Source of the DNA: Amphiscolops sp. MND2022
Lineage: Eukaryota
Length of the DNA stretch: 64,000 bases
Reading direction: 5' to 3'
Assembly: GCA_964187785.1 (NCBI GenBank)
Contig: OZ076409.1
Location: 41,728,001 to 41,792,000 of the forward strand
Within the stretch, counting starts at the first letter, position 1, and the number at the start of each line of letters is the position of its first letter. Under the pieces are notes generated by a model. The model had not been told where the DNA came from. It worked only from the letters and a program-made list of their open reading frames with translations, and ran no database searches. The position numbers were made by a program, and so were the translations under genes. Positions 14,301 to 25,946 of this stretch are shown here, piece by piece.

Positions 14301-17300
14301 TTTCGTTAGACTTCGAGGATTGGAACGTTGAGAAGGGTCCACAAGGAATGCATGTGTTGTCCAGTGAGCTTAGTGAAGAAATAAACAGAGTTTTTCGAAT
14401 AAAATTGACATCTAAAACGACAAAAATTCGAAAATTTCCCGATTTTCACCATTTTTGTTCAAATTTTGTCAAACTATCGATAGACTTCGTGGGCTAGAAT
14501 GTCAAAACCCCTGAACAATGGTAAAATTTGTCGTTTCAGTTAGCTTTCGTCAAGATATACGTTCAATTTGTGAAAGAAAATGCCTCAAATTGACCCTGAA
14601 ATTGTCGAAAAAAAATGTTGTTTTTGTCGTTTTTGATGCAATTTCTGTACATTTTTCGAGAGATTTCGTTATAAGTTTCAACACAATCAAAAACGATAGA
14701 ACGATCTATGCAGTACATTTTTGAAGAGAACATTGCAGCGTTTTGCTTCAAAAACACTCTAGAATGACTCCAAATGAGATAAAAAACTTCAACATCTTCA
14801 AGTTTTTCTGGAATTTATGTGTACTTTTTGAATCGGTTCGGAGCCAGAATATTGGCAAACGTTCAACAAAGATTGAACTCATAATTCAGTAGACTTTTAA
14901 AGAACTATTTGCTTCCGTTGGAAAATGTCTCAAAATTGACCGCAAATGGTCGACAGTGTCGGACTTTTTGTCGATTTCTGACATTTTCAGTGATTTTTTA
15001 TTTGAGATTGGAACAATTTCGGTAAAATAAAAGCTTCGAAAAACTCCAGATGATAAAACTAGGTCTGCAATTTGAGTTTTCAAGTTTTTTACTTTTTTAG
15101 GCAGTTTGTACCGTTTTGAGCTACTTCCTTGCATAAAATGGTTTAGAAAACTCAACACTGACTAATCTTGGTATCCGGTAGAAAACTTTGATAATATAAC
15201 TGCAATTATTTGTTGGAATTGGCCTCGAAATATCCCAAAATCCATGAAACAACGAAGAAGCACGTTTTTTGGGCACGTTTAATCCCAATTTTTGTTCAAA
15301 CCACTATAGACAAAAAGTTTTTTGCAGAACAGAATTTCCATTGACCTGAGCATTGAAACAGTAGGGTATTCAAAATGCATTTTGGGAAAGAAGTGGGATG
15401 AAGTTCATTTCCGAATTTTTTCAATTTTCGACAACATAGTCCCAAGTTCAGACCCTTTCCGAAACTTTACTTCAGTCAGAAAATCAATAGGCTGAGGATT
15501 GGAACGTGTAGCTACCGGCAGTGTTTCAAAAAGATATCAGACAAGTTTATTTGCACAACTTTCAAAAACTTTACTTGAGAACGTAATGTAAGTCATTTGT
15601 CAAATGTTTAATATTCAATGAGCTCCAAGCAAAATCACTAGATTTGGAGTATACCTTCCAAAGGAAAATGTTTCGAGCTACTTCGTGGATTAGAATGATG
15701 TAAACATTCAACAACAACTAAACTTGGTGTCCCACTTTTTCCCCCCAATACGAATCACAAACAAATTTTACTTTGAAATTTTTTTTCGGTAAAGTCTTTT
15801 GATGACACGAATAAAAGTTTCAGCTCACAAAACTAATTTTCTGAAGCCGAAATCAGCTATTAAAGCAAGGGGGAAGTTTCGAAAAGACGCACAGAGTCGA
15901 AAAAAAGTATTTTCCACTCTCAATAAGAAAATTCATCAGTTCCACATGATCAAAAGTAACAAAGGGGTCACCCTCAAGGCTCTGGAAATTTATTTCCTTT
16001 ACAAAAAACTTCAAAATCCAAAACTAGCAAAAATTTTCCTTTACTCGGTAAGTCGCATAGTGCCGATAAAAAACGAAAATTTGCCAGCTATCTCAGAAAT
16101 AATAAATTAGGCGTTTCCCTTGAAAATGGGCTAACATGAATCAAAGCTTTCTTTTCTTCGAACTTCTTTGCGTTTTTATAGTGCATTGGCTATTCCTAAG
16201 CCTCAAATTCATGTAATTGTAGAACAGTTTGGGGCGGAAAATGTCTTGCTGCTCAACGGGCGTCTTGTTGTACAAAGCTTCAAAAAATGGATAAATTCTT
16301 TAACTGTTTTCAGGCAAAGGTTTGCTGTAGAATTAGAAACGAGAAAATTGCAATCTGAGCGCGAGCAGTTTGAACTTCAGAGACAGATGGAATCTCAGCA
16401 TCACAGTAACCCAATGCAGCCTCTGCACAATCAACCTCATCAAACGTCGCACGTTGCTCCTCCATACTGGACTATGCCTGGACCAGGTACATCAGGAGCA
16501 GGGGTACCTGGGATGCAGCAAGCAAACCAAAAAGTGCCTTTGTCACATAATGCCGCCAACTTCATGTATGGAGGAGCCACCCACAATCAGTATCCGCATG
16601 CACATGTAAATACCAATGGCACTGCTTCTCCGTACATGAGCGGCACCTCTCATTTAGCCAATCAAAAACCGCCGCTTCACCAGCCAGTTCCTTTTTATCC
16701 TTACCAATCTTTGCAACCACCATACGCCACTCAAGATCAAGAGATGTACCAGCATTACGAAACTACTCACAGACAAGAGTATAATTATGATACTCTTCAT
16801 GGAACCCATCATAGTTACTACCAACAATCGCCCTATCAAGTTCCTCCTGCACAGCAAGGTCCAGTTAATGTTCCTCCAGCTCCGGTTCAAAATCACGCCG
16901 GCTTGTATGATCTTCCTGACTCCAAAAGCCGCTCATACCATGAAGGCCTAACGAATGAAGCACTACATGGAGACTTCGGGGCTATTCAAAATCACCCGAA
17001 TGATATGCAGCACAACCGTCCAACTACCTTGCCTGTTGTTCCGAAAGCCCAAAGTTTACAGAAATCGGACAGCCTCGAATCAGAACTTTGTACACTTTTG
17101 TCTCCCATGGACCCTAATGCTGAGGTATCATCAAGTGTTGAAGTCACTCCTGAGAACTCGCCTGCCCATGAGCACAAATACAAATCTGCGTCATCCAATG
17201 TGAATCCCAGAAGTCCTAAAACTGTGAAGAGTGACCTTGCCGAAGAAAAGCCAAAAGAAACTGTGCAGCCAAGCAATCGCTTACACAGCAGAAACAATAA

Positions 17301-20300
17301 CGTGGAAGACCATGCAGATAACTCAGACGCTGGAAGAGGTAAGTTAGTTGTTCTTTCTTGAGTTCGATTAACTTGATCAGTTAAGTTGCTTCGCTTTTAT
17401 TTTATAAATTCCGTTCATTAATAAGATAATCATGATGCTGAAATGTTAGGGTTCTTCTCAGTGTTTCTTACATCAGTTTCTTTCATATCTTCTTTGCAGT
17501 GACTATTTTGGCATTTCAGCTTCCAAAAAAGGAGAGGCCTTTTCCATTGACTTCGGAAATGCAGGTGGCAAAAGCCCACGTATAGAAGCTGTCCTTGGCA
17601 AAGCGAGTCCTAAACTGCCTCGAAAGCTCGCGGCCAATAATAACTCACGAACAATGACGAAAGTGAAGGGGCGACAAGATAACAAGAAGCCTGACGATGT
17701 GCCTACTCATGACACCTCCAGAAGCAATTCTAGACTATCCTCACACAGCGGTGCTAATAATTTGGACGAGGCGCTGAAAATTGTTCGCGGTGAGAAACTT
17801 TCACACCAGTGGTTTGACCGCGAAGCGTAATTCAGCTATCGCTACCGCTATGATCAAAAGCGGTAGCTAAATAACAATATGAACAGCTAAATGTTTCACG
17901 CGAATTTCTCGCCTTGAGCATTTTTTGATGGTCTTCAAGAAAAGGAAGCGGCCATAGAACAAAAATCGATAATACCTCTTCGATTGCAGTGTCTAGAATT
18001 TTTCACTACAGGGGCGTTTTGTGGTTTACAAGAGGTATATCTACTGAATTCAGCAAAGCAGCTGATTTGGGAATAAAAAGACAAAAGCTTCGCGAAACCA
18101 AATATTTAAAAAAACAGCGGTAACTAAGCGGTAGCTATAACTTCAAAGCGGTAGCTAGCGATAGCGTTTAAATTGAGTAGCGATAAAACCACTGTTTCAT
18201 ACCTGCATGCTTTGTGAAGCGCTCGCTTCTTGAGCTGGTTCAAAGTATTAATCCTAATTGACCTGGGCGTTTTTGCAAATTTTCAAAATAAATTTTGAAA
18301 AAAATTAATTAATATCTTCACAACTACGCGTACCAGGGAAACGAACTATTGTGCGTTTGAATAGTTTTGGTCTTGGGCTTTCATTTTGCTCAGATGAGCT
18401 CCTGTCACCCCGCGCCCCTTTCTCCAGAATTTTAGGTTTTTTCCGGTACCGCCGCTTCGCGACAGTTCCGCACTTCGTGCGGCCCGCTGCGCGGGGGCTT
18501 GTAGTAACAACAGGCTATTATTGGGGTTTGTTGCACAAGGACTTGTCGTGAAAGAGTAAGGGGTTGCTTTTTACTATTAGTCAAAGACTTTTGAGAAAAC
18601 TGGATTTCGCCAAAAACTGAATTTTGGAAAAAAATAACCTTTTTTGTGCAAAAGAAAACCTTTTTCCCAGATTTGGAGACACATTCACTTTTTCTAATGC
18701 TTGTGCCATTCAAATCAATCTAGGTACCAATGAACGGCTGAAACAAAAACGTGCTAGAGAATATGGTCTGCTGGCAAAAGCAAACCAAAATTGAAAAAAC
18801 GGTAGGCTGCTTTAAAGTACCACTAGGTTAATTAGGGTTAAGCAATTGCTATATTTTCTCGTCTACATGTGTTCACTTTTTCAAAAGCTTCAGTCTAGTG
18901 TTTTGGTTACTTTTTCGATGAAACAACGGATATGAAATTAGCTTTATATCCCTTTTTCTTGTGATCTATAAATTTGATGAACAGCTTTAAAAAATTGAGG
19001 CCAAAAATTATTGATTGTGATGGCACAGTGTAGAAAAATGAGCAAGTTGGTGATTTCAGACACTGGAGCGAACGAGTCAAAAGAACAGGCAGCTGAAAAA
19101 CGGAAAAGTGCTCTTGCTTTGGTCATTGACGTTGAAGCGTTGGGCAATAATGAAAATGACGGAGAGTCTTCTCTCCGTAAAGACGGCGAAGCGGATGAGG
19201 CCAAAAGAAAGGAGCGCGAACAAGAATTCCTGCGAAGGCAAATGGAAAAGAAGCAGAAAGATTTAGAGCGGCGCAAAAAGGCAACTGAAATGGCTAATGT
19301 GGAGGGCCAAGAACGTCTGCAAAAGGAAATGCAGCAGAAGCAACAAATGAAACAAGAGGCACAAGCCAGACGAGAAAGAATTATGGCGCAATACTTGCAG
19401 CGCAAAGCCGAGAAGGAAATGGAAGAAAATGGAATGGCTCCTAGCAATCCCAAGGGGTCTATTGGAGGAGGTAATAGAGGAGGCTTCATGGTGATTGGAG
19501 GAGGTAGCGATATCAAGAGTTCAGGGGGAGTAAATGGTATGAAACCGCGTCCAAAATCCAGGTCAAAGTCTACGGTGCCCACAGATGTCAAGCAGAGTAG
19601 ACCCCGTGCTGCAACCCAGAAGTCACCATCCAATGTATCCAGAAGCCGACGAAATTCTGTTGAGAATCGTAAGTTTTCAAGTCAGACATTATTTATGCTG
19701 TGATTTATATCAACAATATGTTCCATGGATATATCAATTGTATTCATTAAAGTTCATCGATCAATCTACTGCTGCATGGCCCGTGCATGTAGCACTTGTA
19801 GAAATTGTAGAAACAATAAGTAGTTACAGTGGTTAATTCGAAATTTTCAGAATTTCTGAATGTAACGTTTCTTAGCCGTCAAAAATGAAAAGCCTTTGAA
19901 AATGAATCATTACGATACACATCCCGGTACGAACTAGCAGGATCCTAGATGACCCTAAATGAATAATATCATGAATTGACCCTGGCTCAAAATACCCAGA
20001 CCAAAATAACAAGTTATCCAATCATTCCGGTGACCGTGCTTACGACAGGGACCAAAATTAAAATTAGTTAGGCAACTATTAATGAGGGCTGCTTTGCAAT
20101 TATGTTTTCTTAAAATAGGAAACCTGTTGACAGATCAATCAATTGTTATAATTGTACTAATTAGAAGCTACAAGGTATTTTATTTGCACGTAAATGCGTG
20201 GATGAAACACACGTGTTCACGTGTGCAACTTGCATTGAATGCAGTTTATACGTACTATGCACGGTAGAGCTTAGTAATGATAACTAATTATTTATTGAAT

Positions 20301-22430
20301 CATTGTTTACTTTGACTGATTTACGATGCTGTGGTATGAATTGGAATTAAAATGAACACTGAGTTTTGAATGCATATGAACATGGTGTAAGTTGGTCAAA
20401 ACTTTGACTAACTTCCACTTATTGCAAGTATAGCGATCTGCAATTTGCAAATAGTGGAAGTTAGTCAAAGTTTTGACTGAATTACGAAAAAGAGTATTTT
20501 TGGACTAACTTCCACTTTTCACTAACTACGTGTTTTGACTAGTTTACACTATTTTCCATTACGCGCGTTGACACAGCTACACCGTTGAAGCATAGACCGT
20601 CTTGACTAACTTACGCTGAATGACCATTTTACGGATTACACAGATTACGCTGCGTGACTGAAATCGAAGTCACCGCTACGTGTATCGTAATGATGTTATA
20701 CGAATAGGCGGTTTCCCAAATTGTATGATACTAAATTTTGTGAAACCCGATTGGTGGGGTTCGTGTTCTGGACCGAACTTCCTGAGTATGACAAAGTATA
20801 CATTACGTTGGTCACTTGACTTTAAATAATCGCGATACAGTCAGATGTACCAAAGCTCAAATTTCCTTTTGTAGTACGTACATGTGCAGTTAAATAAAGC
20901 AGAATCTCGTTTCAGTGCTTAGTGACGGAGAGTCGATCGTTTCTGGGGCAGACCATTGGGATGGCAGGTCAGAAACTAGTGAATACAATGGTCAGTACAC
21001 TACTTCAATACTCACTCATGTCAATACATGAATCCGTCATCTTTTTGAAAGACCTTTCTACTCGGATGTGTCACTTTACTCGAATTGAATTATTATTGCC
21101 TTTTTTCTATTTCAATCGTTTTCAGGTAGTTTAGGTATCGTATAATTTTTGTTGTCACTGGTTTGGAACAAAATGTGGGAAAAATAATATAAAAATGGTG
21201 CTTTGTCACAGGAAATTTCGTATCAGGTTTGCAAAATTCATCGATGTACCTTAATTCATTTTTCATGCTAGCCGGTAGGATTCTCATTTTACTGTAGTTC
21301 TTTTGAATTTGCAACATTTTAGTATGTTCCGCTGTTTGACTTAGGCTCATGCTCTTTGTGTTTTCAGGACCCAAACTGTTCGGCAAACCGAGTACGAAGT
21401 CAAACAAACAGAAAATCCAGAATGCAATCACACAGTGTGTTTTCCCTGGCGCAGTAAACAGCGACATGAAACAGAAAATTCTAAACGTACGATCTTGCTC
21501 TTGTTTTCTCAAGGAACTATTTTAAGTGCCTTTTGGCTGTACAAACGCTAGCAGTTTGTGTCCGTAGAAAGTACCATTAAAAGTGGACCTACAATAAAGC
21601 TATTATTCAAAAACTACATGCAACAAGCTTTATATCTAATCCATGTTAAATTTTTCTATAAACCATGTTTAATTTTGCCTAACTCCTAAGTGTTCTGAGA
21701 AATCCGGTTTTACATAGGAGAAGGTGTCTAGTTGTTCTAAAAATTTGGTCAATATTACTTGGCCCTGAAAATGCGACAGTAGACAGCCTTGTGTGTGAAA
21801 AGAGTAAAGCCCAAGAACAATATAGTTGTCATCTGGGTTGGCAGTGGCGTGAAATAGTGACGTAGTTTTGTTCAGGAGATGGAGGCTGGCAACGAAGTGG
21901 GGAACGCTGCAGGGCTAGTTGACACGAGACACTTCTTGATTCTATTCAGAGATCACAGCCTCAAGTACAGGGGGCTCTATCTCTGCGAGGGTGACTGCTC
22001 AGACGGGGAAATCTCTAAAGTGATTGGAATTGGACCTTCCAATGTCAAACTCAGCATGATACAAGACCTCTACAAGTAAGCACTACTACACTTGTTTCTT
22101 CTCATAATTCTCATCACTCTTTTCTGATGAATTGTAAGTAAAATCAGTATATTGTCACAAAGACGATACTTCTACCTCATATAATGATTCTACGTATAAT
22201 AGTTGAGAAAAGTTGTTAATAAAAATGCCACAATGTGGAAGAAATGTTGGTATCTTTTTGTGGATTTTGTTGAAAGCTTTCGCTATTGAAACTGGTTCTC
22301 TTGTGATCCCAAATGGCTTCATTCCAGGTATGACAGTGGCGGGAAGCGGTTCTTGCAAATACCCTCTAAGACAATGGCTGTATCAGTAGATGCCTTCACA
22401 ATACACAATCAGTTATGGAAAAAGAAGTGA
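2217..22430 (+). CDS. CAMSAP: CAMSAP/Patronin-family microtubule minus-end binding protein, 17 coding exons, ~1698 aa
   Basis: Exons 2217-2321, 2387-2632, 2704-2786, 3367-3680, 7845-7946, 9333-9560, 11063-11159, 11375-11409, 11484-12717, 13242-13493, 16314-17338, 17520-17789, 19060-19668, 20916-20990, 21368-21486, 21876-22075, 22328-22430 splice in phase (5097 nt). CH-like motif PLVDDIYQDISDGQCLAAIFAFYFP, coiled coils (KMKMEEKRKNIQIERARLEAARQKQRQKMSKTAF; RARRERIMAQYLQRK) and CKK domain (EYNGPKLFGKPSTKSNKQKIQNAI...HFLILFRD...YKYDSGGKRFLQIPSKTMAVSVDAFTI...LW). The start exon is the least certain part. Confidence 0.93.
2387..2632 (+). CDS. CAMSAP: CAMSAP exon 2
   Basis: TTTAG acceptor; open frame NRGSNRQSFLAPPGFLSCLVKAAIYK...LLSRNQIDL; donor CTG|GCGAGT (GC). 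Confidence 0.7.
2704..2786 (+). CDS. CAMSAP: CAMSAP exon 3
   Basis: TTTCAG acceptor; ESHCALTKAIMQINM resembles the CAMSAP 'sAHl.mIdaLM' motif; donor AG|GTTTGC, phase 2. Confidence 0.75.
3367..3680 (+). CDS. CAMSAP: CAMSAP exon 4 (CH domain, first part)
   Basis: TTTCAG acceptor; TLTSWLNEI...PLVDDIYQDISDGQCLAAIFAFYFPH; donor G|GTTTGT. Confidence 0.9.
5107..5577 (-). mobile_element. HINE-like family A copy
   Basis: AACAAGCCGGGAACGGCAGAAGTCGG at left (3' end, reversed) and GCGCCCACTAAAA at right (5' end, reversed); internal tandem units. Confidence 0.65.
5801..6728 (+). mobile_element. HINE-like family A copy with internal tandem repeats
   Basis: 5' subTIR AGTCGGCGC (5805-5813), 3' subterminal GCGCAGACT (6700-6708), GCCGG-TC-CCGGC hairpin (6712-6723), then TTGTT; ~117-nt repeats (GGATGTTGGAAAATCC...GGGTCCCC...TTCGGCA) at ~6050-6490. 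Confidence 0.7.
7845..7946 (+). CDS. CAMSAP: CAMSAP exon 5 (CH domain)
   Basis: TTTCAG acceptor; EIRVKSLMGFSDCLHNLSIVIHFC resembles CAMSAP 'dIclke..S.aDslyNl.ll..F'; donor CAG|GCATGT (GC). Confidence 0.85.
8839..9305. mobile_element. hAT-like MITE
   Basis: CAGGG(A/T)TGG termini, repeated subterminal GATTTAAATC, direct flanking repeat GTATTT (8833-8838 / 9306-9311). Confidence 0.75.
9333..9560 (+). CDS. CAMSAP: CAMSAP exon 6 (end of CH domain)
   Basis: TTTAG acceptor; LSTEEIIYSNWTLRAHVINALVLLY resembles 'LtlEDmlY...lk.nv..f.aeLF'; donor GTGAGT. Confidence 0.85.
11063..11159 (+). CDS. CAMSAP: CAMSAP exon 7
   Basis: TTTAG acceptor, GTAAGT donor, phases 1 to 2 compatible with neighbours. Confidence 0.75.
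11375..11409 (+). CDS. CAMSAP: CAMSAP exon 8 (35-nt small exon)
   Basis: TTTTAG acceptor, GTGAGT donor; needed to bridge phase 2 to phase 1. Confidence 0.7.
11484..12717 (+). CDS. CAMSAP: CAMSAP exon 9 (disordered region plus coiled coil 1)
   Basis: Long ORF 11519-12805 of the track; TTCCAG acceptor; CC1 motif KMKMEEKRKNI...RQKMSKTAF; donor AG|GTTAGA. Confidence 0.92.
13242..13493 (+). CDS. CAMSAP: CAMSAP exon 10
   Basis: Long pyrimidine tract plus AG; open frame; donor GTTAGT; symmetric phase 2. Confidence 0.85.
13512..16269 (+). mobile_element. Helentron/HINE-like element, family B, filling CAMSAP intron 10
   Basis: 5' TATTTTCCGCCCATA; 3' GGGGCGGAAAAT...GGGCGTCTTGTT (asymmetric inverted repeat); degenerate internal tandem units (AAATTGACACCGAAAATGACAAAAA). 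Confidence 0.65.
13527..13685. mobile_element. Short Tc1/pogo-type MITE
   Basis: 17-bp perfect TIR CCGTATTTCTTCGAATA, TA on both flanks; inserted into the 5' end of the family B element. Confidence 0.85.
16314..17338 (+). CDS. CAMSAP: CAMSAP exon 11 (Q/H/Y/P-rich low-complexity region)
   Basis: TTTTCAG acceptor inside the 397-aa ORF; donor AG|GTAAGT. Confidence 0.9.
17520..17789 (+). CDS. CAMSAP: CAMSAP exon 12
   Basis: TTTCAG acceptor; ASKKGEAFSIDFG...ALKIVR open frame; donor GTGAGA; symmetric phase 1. Confidence 0.85.
17807..18194. mobile_element. hAT MITE
   Basis: CAGTGGTTT...AAACCACTG TIR; 8-bp TSD TTTCACAC/TTTCATAC; subterminal AGCGGTAGCT repeats. Confidence 0.85.
18252..18837. mobile_element. 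piggyBac-like MITE
   Basis: TTAA on both flanks (18248-18251, 18838-18841); imperfect TIR (T/C)CCTAATT(G/A)ACCT. Confidence 0.7.
19060..19668 (+). CDS. CAMSAP: CAMSAP exon 13 (coiled coil)
   Basis: TTTCAG acceptor; E/K/R/Q-rich helix ...ARRERIMAQYLQRK; donor GTAAGT. Confidence 0.92.
19906..20694. mobile_element. Unclassified TIR element with an internal 25-bp inverted repeat
   Basis: 15-bp perfect TIR ATCATTACGATACAC; internal IR 20395-20419/20453-20477; repeated TTGACTAACTT(A/C)C motif. Confidence 0.65.
20916..20990 (+). CDS. CAMSAP: CAMSAP exon 14
   Basis: TTTCAG acceptor; LSDGESIVSGADHWDGRSETSEYNG joins PKLF of the CKK domain; donor GTCAGT. Confidence 0.85.
21368..21486 (+). CDS. CAMSAP: CAMSAP exon 15 (CKK domain start)
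   Basis: GPKLFGKPSTKSNKQKIQNAITQCVFPGAVNSDMKQKILN. Confidence 0.95.
21876..22075 (+). CDS. CAMSAP: CAMSAP exon 16 (CKK domain)
   Basis: EME...HFLILFRDHSLKYRGLY...GIGPSNV...LYK; donor GTAAGC. Confidence 0.95.
22328..22430 (+). CDS. CAMSAP: CAMSAP last coding exon (CKK domain end)
   Basis: YDSGGKRFLQIPSKTMAVSVDAFTIHNQLWKKK, TGA at 22428-22430. Confidence 0.95.
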
Positions 22431-22622
22431 CCGACCCTACAGCGTGAACACTAAGCAATCCTTTTTCAACTTTTATTCTCAATTTATTGCAGTCGCTATT
22501 TTACTCTCAATTCGTGCAATATTAACTACAAATGATGGCAGATTTGGCGCTTGAAACATTTTAGTTCCTAATTTGCTTTGTATCTTTCGTTTTCCCTCTT
22601 TGCAGCATATCAAATATGAATG

Positions 22623-22628
22623 AATAAA
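22623..22628 (+). promoter_or_regulatory. Candidate polyadenylation signal of CAMSAP
   Basis: AATAAA about 190 nt after the stop codon. Confidence 0.5.
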
Positions 22629-25600
22629 TCTTATTCTGTAATTCTTATAAAATAGATTCTATCTAGAGTGGTAAATTTAGAAAGCTAATGCAATTGGTAT
22701 TTCTTGAATTCTCAGATTTACGCTGCCTTCTAATTTGGAATGAGTTCACTATGTGCTTAAAGGTTGCTTGAGATTTGATTCATGGTATTCCATATTCTTT
22801 AAAATCTGAGAATCGATTTGACACAATCCTACACGCAGCGTAAATTTTTGCTTAGAACGTTTCGTAAATTTCTATGAGAAGCCAATAATCACTGTTTGAA
22901 AGAAAATTTTGTAAATTTTATCAAATGCTTTAAAATTACTGCTATGATCTATGAATTCATGTCAGAAAATTCACGTTATTCAGACTTAACGCTCATCTGT
23001 CGTAGGCTAAAAGCACGATTGGAATCACCGCGCGACCTTATAAGACAAAAGCGAGGAATCTAGTTTAGAGAAAAAAATTCTCGTGTCATCTCTAGTAAAA
23101 ATCAATTAGCCCTCGACCAACGAATCTATTGGCTGAGTTTCGTCGTTTGTTGACAAATACTTATGTCAGGAACCCAAATTTTTGTCTCTGTTCTCATGAA
23201 GAACCTATATCTTTTCAGTACTAAATTGGAACATGAGAAAGCCAGGAAACAGGTTGGAAACATCCAAAGTCGGCTGCCGCGCAAAGTCTTTTGAGTATGC
23301 TAAAATGCTGTTTCCATGAATAGTCTGACGCTGTCGAAAAAAATAGAAACATGGACATGTTGAACGCAATGAAGACTTTTCCCCAGCTAAATACATCAAA
23401 GCACAAAATCTAGGATACTTCAGGGAGTTGAGAAACATTCCTCAAAATAGTCTCACTATGCCAAATGGCAAAAAATTGAAATAAAAGATTTTTCTAGTTG
23501 CTTAAAGATAAATTTTTAGTTAGCAAAAGAGGGACCCTTGATATGTCTTCAAGAAGTAAGACTAAGTTGGTACCAGTCTAAAAACAACTCGATACGTAAT
23601 ATTCGAGTTCTATAACATCTGAAACATTGTAGGTTATATGCGTTGTTTTAGAAACTTGAAATTTGCTTGATTTCTTATGAAAACAATGAAAAATTCGGCG
23701 TTGGTTCTATATCTCAATTTTAGAACTTTTGTCGTTATCTTCGGGTTATATCGTTTTGTAGACATTATATCAAAAACCGCTAAAAATTTTTCGATGGATC
23801 AAAATGAGAACAAAGGTTAAAAAAGGTTTAGAACGGTTTTTTTAAATGCAAAAGGACACTATTTTGAAAATTATATAAGTTTCGGGTGCCAAAAAGTACC
23901 TGAAGAGATATGCAAACGACTTTAAAACAGTTTTCTCCAACTTGAAACATCAAAAAACAGTTTTTTTCAAATTATTTTCTTCGGGCAAAACTTTCATTGT
24001 GTCGAAAGAGGAGCTTCAGGCTCTCCAATCGCTTTTTTAGGCCGAAAACAAAATAAAGTTAAGGGGGCTACCCTTTGACCAAATGAAAATTGTAGCAAAA
24101 AAGTCTCAGAGCTTTGAAATAAACCGTAGGTCTCTTCCACAACCATTGAGAAAATTCATCGGTTTTACAGAATCCAAAAACTTTCAGGTAAAAGTCTCAC
24201 TTTTCCGAAAAACGAAAAGAGGGGTGATTTGTTATCATTGTGATTTTGTGATTTTGTATCATCCAGTTTGTTGCAAAAAATCAAATTGACTAGAAAGGGG
24301 ACCTTTTGGCGACATCAATAAACTTTGGAAAAAAGTATCTTGATGCCGAAAAAAACAGTAGAACCTGAGTTGTCTAGTTACGACAAAAGCTTCAAAAACT
24401 ATGATAGCCAAAGGTGGTTCCCTTTGAAAGCACCAAAGATTGCTTGCTAGTAAGAGAGGCCTAGAGAAATCCTGTAAAAAGCGGACCATTCAGTGTGAGT
24501 TGTGTAGTTTGCAGATAAAAGAGTCATTGTAACTTTTTTGTTTTCACAAAAGCGGCGACAGAATATAAATAAACAAGATGCCCGCTAAGGACCTGGATAT
24601 TTTCCGCCAAAAGATATAACGCATCAGCAGACACACTACCAACTGTACCATAGTGACAAAAATATCCAAATTACTATTTAATAGTAACAAGTAACTAGAA
24701 TAGCCAAGTAACTAAATATTTAAGTAACTAGAAGTGAGGTCGATGAAGAAACTGGGAGGAAATTTGGCAGATTTTGGAAAAAAAACGCAGTTTTGATTTC
24801 CTCCCCCAATGTGTGGGCGGGAAATCATAAAAACCTAATTAGAAAATTATAAAAATTTTAAAAAGGAAAACTTTGGCACTTTTTGGTAGAATTTATCTCC
24901 TTTTTTAAAATGCTAAGGAAAACAAAATATTTTGAATTTTTTACTCTTCCTGGCTACTATGGCACACTTTCGTGTTGAATTTTAGACACAAATTCCAACA
25001 CTAAATACGTCGCATACTATGTCGAAATGATTTGAGTTGGGCCTGAATTACTTGCGAAAAATGCTTCATGAACGTTTGATTATTCACGAACTCAGGTAAT
25101 TGTTCCTGGAAGAAAAAAGTATCAGATTTTTTATCCCATTCAATTCACAGCGTAATTTTCACATTACATTGAAAATTTGTACTCTTTTCAGCGAAATATT
25201 TTTGAGCTTTAAACGTACCTTTTGGATTTTTCGGGGCTGTGAGACTTGAGATTTCTGAGAAAAATTCTGAAAATCTCGGAAATTTTTCTCAGGTTTCTTT
25301 ATTTTCAATTGATTCGTTTGAAATTATTTGCAGATTATTGATCTTTTGAAAGATGTGATTGAATCAAGACGTTTTATTATACCGTTTAGTGTTTTCGAAT
25401 GCCGTCAAAAATTATTAAGTCAGAAAGGATACGTCGTTACGAAATCGATAGGTCGATATAATTAGATCAGTTTAAACATTATCAGTTTCAAGTTTCAAAA
25501 ACTTCATGAAATGTTTTACTTCAACATGCTATAACTTTGAAAATTGTCTTTGAATAAAGATTCTTATGTTACTTCCTTTCAAAAAATGTTTCTTTTCAAC

Positions 25601-25946
25601 TTTGCGGCGTGGCATTGGTCTAACAAGCAAGACCTTGGGGCGATTTTGCATGGGATCTGCCTTTAGTGCTGGGTCCGCAAAGTCGCGGGAATTGAATCAT
25701 CAACAGCTGTCTGCTTGGGCGGGTCTCCTGCAAATAAAAAAGGAATATATAATCTACAAGCTTGAACTTCTTTAGACTTTGTGTTGCCGTTTTGCCGACA
25801 CTGTTCTCCTTTTTTCTAACAGCAAGGACCCACCGCCCACGCTGGCGATGAGAAAGAGCGGTAAAACAAAAGGGAGAAGAGAAGGCTGGGAGGGAGGAGG
25901 CGAACAATGGTGTTAAGTAACTTCTTGTTTCTCTTCAATTGACGCA

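Noticed and set aside
11963..19633. Minus-strand ORFs overlapping CAMSAP exons
   Set aside because: Antisense shadows of the coding exons
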